Assembly (NCBI GenBank): GCA_030390025.1 | Contig: JASTWF010000123.1 | Location: forward strand, 620,001 to 684,000 | Direction: 5' to 3' | Source of the DNA: Squalus acanthias | Taxonomy: Eukaryota | Length of the DNA stretch: 64,000 nt | Shown here: one piece after another, positions 62,701-64,000 of the stretch | How positions within the stretch are numbered: the stretch's first letter is position 1 | How the letters are laid out: every line of letters starts with the position of its first letter | The notes under the pieces: generated by a model | What the model saw: only the letters and a program-made list of their open reading frames with translations | The model's database searches: none | Told to the model about the DNA's origin: nothing | Position numbers and translations under genes: made by a program

Positions 62701-64000
62701 GATTGATACAGGGCTATGGGGAGAGATTGGAATAGTGGGATTAGTTTGGGATTGATACAGGGCTATGGGGAGAGAGTAGAGAAGTCTTCTTCTTAGGCAG
62801 TCCCTCGGAACCGAGGATGACTTGCTTCCACATTAAAAATGAGTTCGCAGGTGACTGATGAGTCCAATGCGGGACCTACAGTCTCTGTCACAGGTGGGGC
62901 AGAAAGTGGTTGAAGGGGCAGGTGGGTGGGGTGCTTGGGTTGACGTGCGCTCCTTGCGCTGCCTGCGCTTGGCTTTCGCTTGCTCCCGGCGAAGAGACTC
63001 GAGATGTTCGGCGCCTTCCCGGATGCTTCTCCACTTTGTGCGGTCTTGGGCCCGGGAAATACCAGGTGTCGGTGGGGATGTTACACTTTTTCAAGGAGGC
63101 TTTGAGGGTGTCCTTGAAGCATTTCCTCTGCCCACCTGGGGCTCTCTTGCCGTGCCGGAGCTCCGAGTTGGGAGCAGTGGGGTTAGTTTGGGATGGATAC
63201 AGGGCTATGGGGAGAGAGTGGAGCAGTGGGATTAGTTTGGGATTGATACAGGGCTATGGGGAGAGAGTGGAGCAGTGGGATTAGTTTGGAATTGATACAG
63301 GGCTGTGGGGAGAGAGTGGAGCAGTGGGATTAGTTTGGGATTGATACAGGGCTATGGGGAGGGAGCAGGGTAGTCGGATTTCTTTGGAATTGATACAAGG
63401 CTGTGGGGAGAGAGTGGAGCAGTGGAATTAGTTTGGGATTGATACAGGGCTGTGGGGAGACAGTGGAGCAGTGGGATTAGTTTGGATTGATACAGGGCTG
63501 TGGGGAGAGAGTGGAGCAGTGGGATTAGTTTGGGATTGATACAGGGCTGTGGGGAGAGAGTGGAGCAGTGGGATTAGTTTGGGATTGATACAGGGCTGTG
63601 GGGAGAGAGTGGAGCAGTGGGATTAGTTTGGAATTGATACAGGGCTGTGGGGAGAGAGTGGAGCAGTGGGATTAGTTTGGGATTGATACAGGGCTGTGGG
63701 GAGAGAGTGGAGCAGTGGGATTAGTTTGGGATTGATACAGGGCTGTGGGGAGAGATTGGAGCAGTGGGATTAGTTTGGATTGATACAGGGCTGTGGGGAG
63801 AGAGTGGAGCAGTGGGATTAGTTTGGGATTGATACAGGGCTGTGGGGAGAGATTGGAGCAGTGGGATTAGTTTGGAATTGATACAGGGCTGTGGGGAGAG
63901 AGTGGAGCAGTAGGATTAGTTTGGGATTGATACAGGGCTATGGGAGAGAGTGGAGCAGTAGGATTAGTTTGGGATTGATACAGGGCTGTGGGGAGAGAGT
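59800..64000 (+). repeat. G-rich 49-bp satellite, copy 2, with CR1 (about 61618-62367) and RTE (about 62786-63167) insertions
   Basis: Same unit and same insertions as copy 1. Confidence 0.95.

Larger units (their letters stand above)
20457..64000. repeat. Tandem segmental duplication, period about 23.5 kb; second copy starts about 47328 and runs off the window
   Basis: Co-linear features: 25013/48545, 30547/54079, 33886/56650, 37898/61710, 38851/62858. Confidence 0.96.

Overview
Eukaryotic, repeat-dense DNA, almost certainly from a cartilaginous fish, judging by IgW exons, HE1/V-SINE, Deu-SINE and shark-type CR1. 1-4.2 kb: decayed endogenous retrovirus (RNase H, integrase, env, one LTR flanked by both PPT and tRNA-Ser PBS). 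Its env has a paramyxovirus-F-like layout, as in Loki retroviruses. 4.2-20 kb: nested transposons, namely CR1 fragments, a young complete CsRN1-type Gypsy element with identical LTRs, Penelope pieces with hammerhead motifs, SINEs and a Gypsy 3' end, then a CpG-rich repeat. 20.5-64 kb: two tandem copies (offset about 23.5 kb) of a unit made of a 35-bp satellite, a near full-length CR1, IgW short-form constant exons on the minus strand (CH1, CH2, Cys-rich secretory tail), MITEs, an old CR1 and a G-rich 49-bp satellite. I found no V, D, J or RSS between the two constant cassettes and no CH3+ or TM exons. The two copies diverge much more around the IgW exons than in their flanks. Family assignments rest on motif recognition from memory, and mismatch counts are manual and approximate.
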